Assembly (NCBI GenBank): GCA_034440375.1 | Contig: JAWXBZ010000068.1 | Coordinates: forward strand, 1-12,242 | DNA from: Candidatus Eiseniibacteriota bacterium | GTDB taxonomy: Bacteria; Eisenbacteria; RBG-16-71-46; JABDJR01; JAWXBZ01 | DNA: 12,242 nucleotides | Reading direction: 5' to 3' | Part shown: positions 1 to 8,839 of the stretch, in pieces | How positions within the stretch are numbered: the stretch's first letter is position 1 | How the letters are laid out: every line of letters begins with the position of its first letter | Notes under the pieces: model-generated | Database searches by the model: none | What the model saw: only the letters and a program-made list of their open reading frames with translations | Told to the model about the DNA's origin: nothing | Translations under genes and position numbers: made by a program

Positions 1-2
1 AT

Positions 3-1814
3 GACGGGCTGCAGAATCAGTCGGTCATCTTCGTCCAGGAGGGTGCGGAGGGATCACCGCGCCTGTTGCTCGATCCGAATACGTTGTCGGCCGACGGCAC
101 GACGGCACTGGCCGGCTGGGTGCCAAGCGACGATGGTCGCTGGCTGGCCTTCGGCATCAGCGTTGGCGGGACCGACTGGCAGGAGTGGCGGGTGCGTGAG
201 GTCGCCACCGGCGTCGACGAGAAGGGCGTGACCCGGTGGATGCGCTACACCGGTGTGTCGTGGCAGCCGGATAACTCGGGCTACTACTACAGCCGCTATG
301 ACGAGCCGGCGGAGGGGACGGCGTATACCGGTCGCAATCTTTTTCACAAGGTCTATTTCCATCGTGTCGGCACGGAGCAGGCGGCCGATCGGCTGGTGTT
401 TGAACGGAAGGACCAGTCGGAATGGTTGCTGGGTGCCAATCCGACCGAGGACGGGCGGTGGCTCGTTCTGACCGCTTCCACCGGTGGGCAGAAGAATCGC
501 CTGTTCGTACAGGACCTCCAGCGGCCGGGGTCCGATCCGGTTCCGGTCATCGACGAGTTCACCGCGCAGTACACGACCATCGGAAACGACGGATCGATCT
601 TCTACGTTCGGACCGATGAGGGTGCTTCGCGCGGGCGGGTGGTGGCCATCGACGTGACGGCGCCGGAACGGGCGAACTGGAAAACCGTCGTGCCCGAGGG
701 CCCGGAGGCCCTGCGCGGCGCAAGCTTCGCCGGGGACCAGATCTTTCTGTCCTATCTGAAGGATGCTTCGAGCGAGGTGCGGCTCATTGACCGCAGTGGA
801 AGCCTGATCCGAACCCTTGAACTCCCTGGAATCGGCTCCGCTTCCGGTTTCGGTGCCCGTCGCGATGACACCGAATCCTTCTACACATTCACCAGCTTCA
901 CACGACCGCCCACGATCTACCGCATGGACCTGGTCAGCGGAAAGAGCCGGATCTGGCGGGAGACACATGTCGATTTTGATCCCGATGACTACGAGGTGCA
1001 CCGGGAGTTCATCGTCTCGAAAGACGGCACGCGGGTACCCATCTTCCTGACCCACCGGAAGGGTCTGACGCGGCACGGTCTGAACCCGACACTGCTCTAC
1101 GTCTATGGCGGTTTCAATCAACCCCAGGTGCCGTCGTTCAGCATCTCACGGGTCGGCTGGCTGGAGATGGGTGGCGTCTTTGCCCTCGTCTGTGCCCGTG
1201 GGGGTGGGGAGTACGGGCGCGAGTGGCACCAGGCAGCGGTCAAGGTGACCAAGCAGAAGACCTTTGACGATGTCATCGCGGCGGGCGAGTGGCTGGTGGC
1301 CAATGACTACACCTCGTCGCACCATCTCGGGCTGCAGGGCGGCTCGAACGGCGGCATGGTCGTCGGGGCGGTGGCCAACCAGCGACCGGACCTGTTCAGC
1401 GCGGTTCTGGTACAGGCCGGCGTGATGGACATGTTGCGCTATCACCGATTCACGATCGGCAAGGCGTGGGCGGCCGATTACGGACTCCCGGAAAACGAAG
1501 ACGAGTTCCGGGCCCTGCACGCCTACTCGCCGTATCACAACGTCCGGTCCGGAACGAACTATCCGGCCATACTGGTGACGACGGCCGACTTCGACGACCG
1601 GGTCGTGCCGGGGCACAGCTTCAAGTACGCCGCCGCGCTGCAGGCGGCCCAGGCGGGGATCGCACCCGTTATCATCCGGATCAGCCGATCGACCGGCCAC
1701 AGCGGTGGGATGAAACCGACGGCACTGGCCATCGATGAAGTGGCCGATTTGTGGGCCTTTCTGGCGGCCCATCTGGGGCTGGAGCTCGAGGAGCAGGGGA
1801 GGGGGGGGCGATGA
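3..1814 (+). CDS. Prolyl oligopeptidase family serine peptidase (S9A), 5'-truncated by the window edge
   Basis: The frame is open from position 3 ([14 protein letters not shown]...[14 protein letters not shown]), so the TTG at 66 is internal. It has beta-propeller motifs ([18 protein letters not shown]), [11 protein letters not shown] and [11 protein letters not shown]. The catalytic triad is present: Ser in GGSNGG, Asp in DDRVVP, His in GHSGG. Stop TGA at 1812-1814. Confidence 0.96.
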   Translation, partial: DGLQNQSVIFVQEGAEGSPRLLLDPNTLSADGTTALAGWVPSDDGRWLAFGISVGGTDWQEWRVREVATGVDEKGVTRWMRYTGVSWQPDNSGYYYSRYDEPAEGTAYTGRNLFHKVYFHRVGTEQAADRLVFERKDQSEWLLGANPTEDGRWLVLTASTGGQKNRLFVQDLQRPGSDPVPVIDEFTAQYTTIGNDGSIFYVRTDEGASRGRVVAIDVTAPERANWKTVVPEGPEALRGASFAGDQIFLSYLKDASSEVRLIDRSGSLIRTLELPGIGSASGFGARRDDTESFYTFTSFTRPPTIYRMDLVSGKSRIWRETHVDFDPDDYEVHREFIVSKDGTRVPIFLTHRKGLTRHGLNPTLLYVYGGFNQPQVPSFSISRVGWLEMGGVFALVCARGGGEYGREWHQAAVKVTKQKTFDDVIAAGEWLVANDYTSSHHLGLQGGSNGGMVVGAVANQRPDLFSAVLVQAGVMDMLRYHRFTIGKAWAADYGLPENEDEFRALHAYSPYHNVRSGTNYPAILVTTADFDDRVVPGHSFKYAAALQAAQAGIAPVIIRISRSTGHSGGMKPTALAIDEVADLWAFLAAHLGLELEEQGRGGR

Positions 1815-1838
1815 GCGACGAACGACCGATGAGCGACG
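1809..1838 (+). repeat. 12-bp direct repeat CGATGAGCGACG (1809-1820 and 1827-1838) duplicating the leuS start (MSD...MSD)
   Basis: Read directly from the sequence. The period is 18 nt, so both copies are in frame. Confidence 0.75.
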
Positions 1839-4423
1839 GGCCGGCCAACGGCACCGAGGGGCCGGCCGGGAGGTCATCCATTCTCCGCGAGGCCGCATTC
1901 CCCTTCGCCGAGTACGAGGCGCGCTGGCGGGCGAGCTGGGAGGCCGATGGCCTGTTCCGCGTCGACCTGGATTCCACCAGACCCAAGTATTACTGCCTCA
2001 ACATGTTTCCGTACCCCTCGGGCGATCTGCATGTCGGGCACGGCCGAAATTACATCATCGGTGATGTCGTCGTGCGGCGAAAGCTCATGGACGGCCACGC
2101 CGTCCTGGCACCCATGGGCTGGGACGCCTTCGGCCTGCCGGCCGAGAATGCGGCCATTCAGAACGGCATCCACCCGGGCGTCTGGACCTACGACAACATC
2201 AAGCGCTTCAAGACCCAATTCGCCCAGTGGGGGATTGGCCTGGATTGGACCCGTGAAATTGCTGCCTGCCATCCTGGCTACTACCAATGGACTCAGTGGC
2301 TTTTCCTCAAGCTCTACGCGAAGGGACTGGCGTACAAGGCCGAGGCGCCGGTGAACTGGTGCGCCTCGTGCGGCACCGTGCTGGCCAATGAGCAGGTCGA
2401 GGACGGCGCCTGTTTCCGTTGCGGCACGATCATCGAGCAGCGCGAACTGTCCCAATGGTTTTTCAAGACAACGGCCTACAGCCAGCGCCTGCTGGACGAT
2501 CTGTCGCTGCTCACCGAATGGCCCGACCGGGTGCGCACCATGCAGCGGAACTGGATCGGAAGGAGCGAGGGCGTCTCCATCGACTTCGCCCGGACAGACG
2601 GGCCGGAGATCGTCCGCTGCTTCACCACGCGGGCCGACACGCTGTACGGCGTCACCTATGTCGTCATTGCGCCGGAACATCCGCTGGCCCTGGTCTTGAT
2701 TGGGGATGACGTGTCGGCGGCCACCGCCGACCGCATGACCCGCCTCCAGGCCATGAAGAATCAGCGCGCCGAGCGCTTCTACAATCCCGACCTGGAAAAG
2801 GCGGGATTCGACACCGGAAAGACCGTGACGAATCCCTTGACCGGAGAAGCCGTTCCAGTGTGGGTGGCGAACTACGTCCTGATGAATTATGGCACCGGCG
2901 CGGTCATGGCCGTGCCGGGCCACGACCAGCGCGATCACGAGTTCGCGCGGAAGTTTGGCCTCCCGATCAGGACGGTCATCGCGCCGCCACCGGCTACCGG
3001 ACCGAACGACCTGGTTTCTCCGCCACCGGACGCCGCCTACGAGGACGATGGAGTCCTGGTGAACTCCGGTACGATGGCGGGGCTCCAGAGCGGTGACGCG
3101 CGAGTGGCCATCGGCGAGGCGTTGCGATCGGCTGGCCACGGCCAGCCGACGATCACGTATCGCCTGCGCGACTGGCTGATCTCGCGCCAGCGCTACTGGG
3201 GCGCACCGATCCCGATCATCAATTGCCCGGACCACGGCGCTGTTGCCGTGCCTGAATCGCAACTGCCGGTGCTCCTGCCCGATGACGCGGAATTCAAACC
3301 GACCGGCGAGAGTCCGCTGGCGCGCCATGCCGCCTTCGTCAACACCACCTGTCCGACCTGCGGCAAGCCCGCACGGCGCGAGACGGACACGATGGACACC
3401 TTCGTCGATTCGTCCTGGTACTACCTGCGCTACCTTTCGCCGCGCGATGAGTCGAAGGCCTTTGACTCATCCAGGGTCAACAAGTGGCTGCCGGTCGATC
3501 AGTACATCGGCGGGGTGGAGCACGCCATCCTGCATCTCATGTATGCCCGCTTCATCACGAAGTGTCTGAAAGACATGGGGCTTGTCGACTTTGACGAGCC
3601 ATTCCAGCGCCTCTTCACGCAGGGCATGATCACCAAGAAGAGCCCCCTCACCGGTCGGCTTGAAAAGATGTCGAAATCGAAGGGAAACGTGGTGGCTCCG
3701 ACCGATCTCATTGAGAAGTACGGGGCCGACACGGTGCGCCTGTACACGCTCTTCATCGGCCCCCCGGAAAAGGATGCCGAATGGGAGGATCGGGCTGTCG
3801 AGGGCGCCTACCGATTCCTGGGACGCGTCTGGCGACTTGTCGGCGACATGGCGGATCGAATGCCTCAGACGGCCGGTTGGATCGACCAGGCAAACCTGTC
3901 CGGTGGCACGGCCGATCTCAGGTTCAAGACCCACGACACCATTCGTCAGGTCGGTCACGACCTGACCGCGTTTCACTTCAACACGGCCGTCTCCGGCCTG
4001 ATGGAGTTGGTGAACAGGATGAGTCTGTACCAGCAGTCCACTGACGGCGCCCGGATCGGCTCGGATACGATCGAAGGGCGGGTCTGGCGGGAATCGTGCG
4101 AGGCGCTGCTCTTGCTGCTCGCCCCGATGGCTCCGCACATTGCCGAGGAACTGTGGCACCGGCTGGGACATGACGAAAGCATCTTCCGGTCGCGAAGCCC
4201 GGAAGTCGACCCGAAAGCGCTGGTCCGAAGCACGATCCGCATCGTCGTCCAGGTGGCCGGCAAACTCCGCAGCCACCTGGATGTGGCCGTCAATCTGTCC
4301 GGGGCGGATATCGAGCGCCTGGCGCTCGAGGATCCAAAGGTCGTGGCCTATCTCGGGGATAAGACGCCACTCAAGATCATCCTTGTACCGGGAAAACTGA
4401 TCAACATCGTGCCGGGTCGATAG
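1811..4423 (+). CDS. leuS: Leucine--tRNA ligase
   Basis: [14 protein letters not shown] (HIGH motif), [17 protein letters not shown]1 editing motifs TTRADTLYG and [61 protein letters not shown] and a C-terminal VVQVAGKLR...LINIV. The start is placed at ATG 1811 (ATGA overlap with the upstream stop, G-rich SD upstream). ATG 1829 is an alternative. Confidence 0.98.
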   Translation: MSDERPMSDGPANGTEGPAGRSSILREAAFPFAEYEARWRASWEADGLFRVDLDSTRPKYYCLNMFPYPSGDLHVGHGRNYIIGDVVVRRKLMDGHAVLAPMGWDAFGLPAENAAIQNGIHPGVWTYDNIKRFKTQFAQWGIGLDWTREIAACHPGYYQWTQWLFLKLYAKGLAYKAEAPVNWCASCGTVLANEQVEDGACFRCGTIIEQRELSQWFFKTTAYSQRLLDDLSLLTEWPDRVRTMQRNWIGRSEGVSIDFARTDGPEIVRCFTTRADTLYGVTYVVIAPEHPLALVLIGDDVSAATADRMTRLQAMKNQRAERFYNPDLEKAGFDTGKTVTNPLTGEAVPVWVANYVLMNYGTGAVMAVPGHDQRDHEFARKFGLPIRTVIAPPPATGPNDLVSPPPDAAYEDDGVLVNSGTMAGLQSGDARVAIGEALRSAGHGQPTITYRLRDWLISRQRYWGAPIPIINCPDHGAVAVPESQLPVLLPDDAEFKPTGESPLARHAAFVNTTCPTCGKPARRETDTMDTFVDSSWYYLRYLSPRDESKAFDSSRVNKWLPVDQYIGGVEHAILHLMYARFITKCLKDMGLVDFDEPFQRLFTQGMITKKSPLTGRLEKMSKSKGNVVAPTDLIEKYGADTVRLYTLFIGPPEKDAEWEDRAVEGAYRFLGRVWRLVGDMADRMPQTAGWIDQANLSGGTADLRFKTHDTIRQVGHDLTAFHFNTAVSGLMELVNRMSLYQQSTDGARIGSDTIEGRVWRESCEALLLLLAPMAPHIAEELWHRLGHDESIFRSRSPEVDPKALVRSTIRIVVQVAGKLRSHLDVAVNLSGADIERLALEDPKVVAYLGDKTPLKIILVPGKLINIVPGR

Positions 4424-4509
4424 GGGCCGGGGGCGGCATGAGACAGGACGAACGGGCCATCCCGGGGACCGGCCAGAGGACCAACCGTCGAACCAGACAT
4501 CCCGATTCT

Positions 4510-4537
4510 AGTTTACATAATATATATTATGCGCCAT
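4510..4537 (-). other. dif: dif site (XerC/XerD chromosome dimer resolution site)
   Basis: The minus strand reads ATGGCGCATAA-TATATA-TTATGTAAACT (11-6-11 layout). By my count it matches E. coli dif GGTGCGCATAA-TGTATA-TTATGTTAAAT at 22/28 positions. The spacer and XerD arm are identical to B. subtilis dif as I recall it (ACTTCCTAGAA-TATATA-TTATGTAAACT). It is intergenic and an AT-rich island in GC-rich DNA. Confidence 0.92.
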
Positions 4538-4562
4538 TGATTCCAGGGGCCTGTAACTGCTG

Positions 4563-6224
4563 ATGCCATCCCGATCGAGCTCGTCCAAGGATTCCCGAAG
4601 CTCCTCCGGCAAGTCAGCGAAGACTTCAAAGTCCTCCGGTTCATCGTCCGGCTCCGGGCCCGGCGTAGGCGTCCGATCTCGTTCCAAGAGTGCTTCCCGG
4701 TCCAGGACATCGGGCCGGCCCAGCCACGGAATCCTGGAGCGGTTTGCGTCCTCACCCTGGGCGCTCCTGCCGACCTTTGTCCTCGCGCTTGTCATGCGGT
4801 TGATTCATCTCGACCAGATGCGCGGCTACGAGGACTTTCGAACCCTGATCCTCGATGAATCGTGGTCCTGGGATCTGGCGGCCCGATTCGTCGCGTCCAC
4901 GGCAGATGCGATTCGACCATTTGATTCGGATCCGGGGGCGGCGGCGGTCCTGTCCGTTCTGGTTCGAATCCTTGGAAGCCAACCCGAATTGATCCTCGCA
5001 GCCCTGGCTGTTACCGGCGCACTGGCGGCCGTTGTCATCCAGCTGCTCGGTATTCGGGTTCTGGGAGGCGCGGCCGGTTTTGCCTGCGGCCTGATTGCCG
5101 CCGGCTACCGTCCGGCGATACATCATGGAGGGCATCTGCTGGATGCCGCTTTTCTACCAATCCTTGCCGCGCTCGCGCTGCTCCTGGCTTCGGTACTGAT
5201 CAGCGCCAGAAAGCCTCTGCCGGAGGTACTTCTTGGTATTGCTGCCGGATCAACAACGGCGTTCCTGGCCCTTTTTCAGGCGCCCCTGATCCTCCTGGCA
5301 CCGGTTCTGCTCGTCATCCTCATCTTCGACCGAAAGATGAAGCCGGCCCGGCAAATTCGCCGCGGCGCGTCTTTTACCGTCGGCGTGCTGGTCATGCTTG
5401 CCGGGATTTCCTGTATTCAGACGCCCAACGCCGGGCCGCGCCTCCTGTTGCCGCCAATTATTGGAAGGGAGTTCAATCTCGCCAATCGCGATGGGAATCG
5501 AGCCGGCCTTCGGCTGCCGCCACCCTGGGCGCCCTCCGATCCGGCCGGCCTGGCCGAGGCCTATCGCACGGAAGGCGCACGGCAAGTGGGTGCGGCGAAC
5601 GTCGGTGCGCTGGCCGTCGATCAGGCCTGGTTCGATATGAGCGGCCGGGAGGCGGCGGAAAATCCATGGGGATTTCTCCACGGGTGGGCCTGGCGCGCCT
5701 TCCGCCTGATCAACGCCGGCGAAACTCCCGGTCCGCTCGACCTGGCTTTTGAAACCGGACGGTCCTGGATCCTTCGCCTCCCCTTCCCCGGGTGGGCCAT
5801 CCTTTTTCCGCTGGCCGTGGTCGGGGGGCTGGCCACCCGACGCGACACCAAACGTCCGGCGATGGGCCTCTCGACGGGGTGGTTCCTGATCGTCCTTTTG
5901 GCGGCAAGTCCCTTCGCGATCAGCTCGCGCGTCCGGATGGCTGCCGAGCCGGCATTGATCCTGCTGGCGGTCTCTGGCGCGATGTCGATCGCGTCGATGC
6001 TCCGGAAGCGGGACGGTCGGGCGCTCGCCGCGGCGGCCCTCACCATCGGAATCCTTGGCGTTGCAATCCGACTTCCGGCTGGTGGGCCCGGTGCGGCGCC
6101 CTTCCATCGAATCCTGTCGGACGCCTACGCGGGCCGGGGAGCCGCCGACGCGGCGGAAGAGCACCGGCTCGAAGCGGCCCGGCTGTCGGCTCGCGCCATG
6201 AGCCGCCTGGGCCAGCCACGCTGA
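4563..6224 (+). CDS. Polytopic membrane protein, probable GT-C fold glycosyltransferase (ArnT/PMT, GT39/GT83-like) with a C-terminal TPR-like helix pair
   Basis: 553-aa ORF with roughly 10-12 hydrophobic segments. An acidic DE pair follows the first TM helix (LVMRLIHL...LILDESW), as in GT-C enzymes. There is a large soluble loop (GREFNLANR...), a late SSRVR motif resembling the 'SRYR' of this family, and a C-terminal HRILSDAYAGRGAADAAEEHRLEAARL. The N-terminus is Ser/Lys/Arg-rich low complexity. The start codon is uncertain. Confidence 0.62.
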   Translation: MPSRSSSSKDSRSSSGKSAKTSKSSGSSSGSGPGVGVRSRSKSASRSRTSGRPSHGILERFASSPWALLPTFVLALVMRLIHLDQMRGYEDFRTLILDESWSWDLAARFVASTADAIRPFDSDPGAAAVLSVLVRILGSQPELILAALAVTGALAAVVIQLLGIRVLGGAAGFACGLIAAGYRPAIHHGGHLLDAAFLPILAALALLLASVLISARKPLPEVLLGIAAGSTTAFLALFQAPLILLAPVLLVILIFDRKMKPARQIRRGASFTVGVLVMLAGISCIQTPNAGPRLLLPPIIGREFNLANRDGNRAGLRLPPPWAPSDPAGLAEAYRTEGARQVGAANVGALAVDQAWFDMSGREAAENPWGFLHGWAWRAFRLINAGETPGPLDLAFETGRSWILRLPFPGWAILFPLAVVGGLATRRDTKRPAMGLSTGWFLIVLLAASPFAISSRVRMAAEPALILLAVSGAMSIASMLRKRDGRALAAAALTIGILGVAIRLPAGGPGAAPFHRILSDAYAGRGAADAAEEHRLEAARLSARAMSRLGQPR

Positions 6225-6236
6225 CGCCGTTCGAAT

Positions 6237-6252
6237 CGGCCGGGCCCGGCCG
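6237..6252. terminator. Perfect 16-bp GC palindrome CGGCCGGGCCCGGCCG between convergent stop codons; possible bidirectional terminator/pause hairpin
   Basis: Self-complementary sequence in the 35-bp gap between the stops at 6224 (+) and 6260 (-). There is no U-tract on either side, so it is not a canonical intrinsic terminator. Confidence 0.3.
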
Positions 6253-6259
6253 GGTGGCC

Positions 6260-7063
6260 CTACTCGCCCGGATCTTCGGCGCTGCCTTCGAAATCCTTTT
6301 CCTCGATCCACCATCGCCCGCCGCAGCGGGGGCAGAAGGTCTCCACTCCCCCATCCCCCTGAAACAGATCCCCCGGCCGGCCGGCGTAGATCGTCCGAAG
6401 CATCGACAGCATCCGAGTGGGGCTGCAACCGCACTGAAATCGGATGCTTCGCGTGAAGAGAAATTCGTCCGCGGACAGGTCAATCTCGTCGGCGCGGGCC
6501 GGATCGAGGCCCCTCACCCATTCATCGTCCGCGTCCGGCAACGATTGAATCATGAGAAATCGATTGTCGGTGAGCTCGAAAAAGCGGGCAGGGGCCTGCT
6601 CCGAACGGCGGTAGTACTGCTCGAAAACGTCGAGGACGTCCAGGCCTTGAACATCGATCAGGCTCTGGATGGGCGGCTGACCCGGGCGTACCGACTGAAC
6701 ATTGAACCGGCTTGATTCCGTGGTGGCTACGCCGTCCGTGAAGGCCCGGCCAACGATGGTGGACTTTGCCGCGTCGCCGGTCAGGAAGAGATTGGTCGGC
6801 GGCTCGCGGAAATTGAGCGTGAAGCCAACCGACTCGTCGTATGGCCGCCCGGACAGGTGAAGGGCCGTCGCGGCCAACCCCTGTCGCATCAATGTTTCGA
6901 GAAAAGGATCGAGCGGCAGTTCCCAGCGCTCGACATGTTCCTGGTAAGCCTCGAACACCAGCCGAAAGTCGCCGTCGGCGAGTATGGCCGCCCGGGCCCG
7001 ATCAAACCGGCGATGAATCAGGACTTCGCCGCCTCTCGCCCCTTCGGTCACCGGTTCGGACAT
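6260..7063 (-). CDS. hslO: Hsp33 family redox-regulated chaperone
   Basis: 267 aa with the C-terminal zinc/redox switch RFQCGCS...VETFCPRCGGRW (CxC...CxxC), plus the QYYRRSEQ and MIQSLPDAD segments typical of Hsp33. The N-terminal half is divergent. Confidence 0.88.
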   Translation of the reverse strand: MSEPVTEGARGGEVLIHRRFDRARAAILADGDFRLVFEAYQEHVERWELPLDPFLETLMRQGLAATALHLSGRPYDESVGFTLNFREPPTNLFLTGDAAKSTIVGRAFTDGVATTESSRFNVQSVRPGQPPIQSLIDVQGLDVLDVFEQYYRRSEQAPARFFELTDNRFLMIQSLPDADDEWVRGLDPARADEIDLSADEFLFTRSIRFQCGCSPTRMLSMLRTIYAGRPGDLFQGDGGVETFCPRCGGRWWIEEKDFEGSAEDPGE

Positions 7064-7088
7064 GGTGCTGGAACCCGGCTGGACTCGA

Positions 7089-7766
7089 TCAGCTGCCGGC
7101 CGACAGTTCGGCCTTGCCGAGTTTTGCGGCGGCCGTGGCCCGGCTGAGGGGATACTCCTTCAGGATCCGGTCGTACATTGTCAGGGCCGCCGTGTTGTCC
7201 GCGGCGCGCATGCGAGCCTGTGCGGCGTCGAGCAGCGCGTGCGCTTTTTCCTCCTCGCCCATGGTTCCTCCGGCCAGTGCCTCGAAGGCCACGGCGGCAT
7301 CCGCGAACCTGGACTGGTTTTCAAGGGCGATGGCCCTGCCCCGCTGGCCGGTGGTCCAGAAATAATCATCCTTGGAGACCTTGGCAAGGTAGGCATCGTA
7401 CTGCGTGAGAGCGGCGGCGGCGTTGCCTCGCTTTAACTCGATGTCGCCGAGATAGAGGCGGGCGCGATTACCGGCCGACGAACCGCCATGGCGGGAGACA
7501 ACTTCAGTCAACTTCTGGGCCGCGGCATCGGTCTGATTGATGTTGACGTCCGCCAGGGCCAGTGCCAGCTGACTGGCCGCCGCCTTGCTCGATGAGTCGC
7601 GGTTCGATTCAAGAAGGACGAAACCGACAACGAGTGCGACCAGCACGCCCGCGCCGATGGCCAGGTTCCGGCCGTGTGACTGGGCGAAGTCATAGGCCTT
7701 CAAACCGGCCGCCCCAAGAGCATCGCTCGGGTGGCCATCCAGGTGCGGCAGCTTTTGACGGCTCAA
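7089..7766 (-). CDS. Membrane-anchored tetratricopeptide repeat protein (YfgM-like)
   Basis: A short N-terminal segment, one TM helix (LAIGAGVLVALVVGFVLL), then TPR-like helices (ARLYLGDIELKRGNAAAALTQYDAYL; YDRILKEYPLS). The TTG start at 7766 overlaps the upstream stop (TTGA), with SD GAGGAG 8 nt upstream. Confidence 0.8.
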   Translation of the reverse strand: MSRQKLPHLDGHPSDALGAAGLKAYDFAQSHGRNLAIGAGVLVALVVGFVLLESNRDSSSKAAASQLALALADVNINQTDAAAQKLTEVVSRHGGSSAGNRARLYLGDIELKRGNAAAALTQYDAYLAKVSKDDYFWTTGQRGRAIALENQSRFADAAVAFEALAGGTMGEEEKAHALLDAAQARMRAADNTAALTMYDRILKEYPLSRATAAAKLGKAELSAGS

Positions 7767-8839
7767 GCGGGGCTCTCCTCGGGTTCGTGGTTTTCGGGGA
7801 CGCCGATGACGACGTCAGACGGACGGACGAGTATGCCGCACTCGTCGGTTCCTTTCAATCGCCTGGGTCCGGCCGCGCGTTTTCGCCTCCGGATTGTCCA
7901 GACCTCACCGCTGTGCCGATCGATCCAGTAGTCGACCATGGGCTCGCGCCGTCCCGGCGGAGTCCGGGCTCGCCACCGATCAAGGGGTGTTCGGAGTTTC
8001 AGGGCACAGGAAAGCGACACCTTGACCTCCGGCAGCAGGCGCCGCTTCTCCTCCATGACCCGCCGATCCCAGTCGAGCTTCAGCATCTCGATTTTGCTGT
8101 CCGATTCCTCCCGCCCCTTCCGCGTGACCCGCTGTTCGCGGAAGAGCTTTTCCTCGTCAATCAACTGTCGATAATACGTCTCGATCGTTTCGATTTCACC
8201 GAGCAACCGCTCCTGGACCTGTCGGTTCTGCTTGTCCGTGAGTCGGGCCACCTCCTCCTCCACTTTCACCCAGGCCATCCGGAAAGCCTTCTCCGGCTCG
8301 ATGCCGTCCGGCGTGGCCGGAGCGCCCGCGGGCGAGGGGCCGGCCGCGTCGACCAGCCGCCAGGGATGAACGTCGTGGCGCACCTTTGTCGATTCCCAAT
8401 CGACTCGAACCGTGTAGAGGCGCTCCTGGGGAAGGTCCGAATAGAATCCAAGTCGAAAGGTGAAGAGATAGATTGTGCCCCAGCTCGATTTGACCTTCGT
8501 CAGGGCCCGGCCGGCCAGGCGGGGAACTGACTTGTGGATACGTTCCTCGGGCTGGATCGATTCGTCCACGGGGAGCCAGCCGGAGGCAGCCCGTCCGTGT
8601 TCGCGGACAAGTCGCAAGATCAGGTCGTACAGGAACGAGCCGGCTGAAACGAGATCGACTTCCGGATGATGGGCCGCCACTGCCGGTCGAAATGTGAGGC
8701 TGAGTCCTTCCCGGCCGAATCGGGCGGCCAGACTCTCGTCCAGTCGAAAATGGACGATACCCCCCTCCCGCCCGGTCTCCTCTGCACCAAGCGAGTTCAG
8801 GCTGACCCGGATCAGGTCCTCGAGCTCAGCGATTCTCAT
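7763..8839 (-). CDS. Hypothetical protein, YqhG-like partner of the adjacent Snf2 ATPase
   Basis: 358-aa ORF overlapping the Snf2 gene by 14 bp. It has a long charged helical region (RLLGEIETIETYYRQLIDEE...KIEMLKLDWDRRVMEEKRRLLPEVKVSL) resembling the C-terminus of YqhG-type proteins, which lie next to yqhH in Bacillus. The ORF itself is well supported; the family call rests mainly on context and remembered similarity. Confidence 0.65.
   Translation of the reverse strand: MRIAELEDLIRVSLNSLGAEETGREGGIVHFRLDESLAARFGREGLSLTFRPAVAAHHPEVDLVSAGSFLYDLILRLVREHGRAASGWLPVDESIQPEERIHKSVPRLAGRALTKVKSSWGTIYLFTFRLGFYSDLPQERLYTVRVDWESTKVRHDVHPWRLVDAAGPSPAGAPATPDGIEPEKAFRMAWVKVEEEVARLTDKQNRQVQERLLGEIETIETYYRQLIDEEKLFREQRVTRKGREESDSKIEMLKLDWDRRVMEEKRRLLPEVKVSLSCALKLRTPLDRWRARTPPGRREPMVDYWIDRHSGEVWTIRRRKRAAGPRRLKGTDECGILVRPSDVVIGVPENHEPEESPA

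Noticed and set aside
1751-1810. Upstream extension of leuS in the ORF track (start 1751)
   Set aside because: It overlaps the peptidase C-terminus and gives a Gly-rich junk sequence. ATG 1811 has an SD and an ATGA coupling.
54-4276. Long minus-strand ORFs opposite the peptidase and leuS (54-1121, 1146-1898, 1874-3328, 3467-4276)
   Set aside because: Antisense shadows of well-supported genes, expected in GC-rich DNA, with no recognisable motifs.
4516-4531. AT-rich palindrome as a transcription-factor operator or terminator
   Set aside because: Better explained as the core of a dif site, because the flanking asymmetric arms match XerC and XerD boxes.
4508-4795. Minus-strand 95-aa acidic ORF ending within the dif region
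   Set aside because: It is antisense to the Ser-rich start of the membrane protein gene, and its acidic content mirrors TCN codons. It has no independent support.
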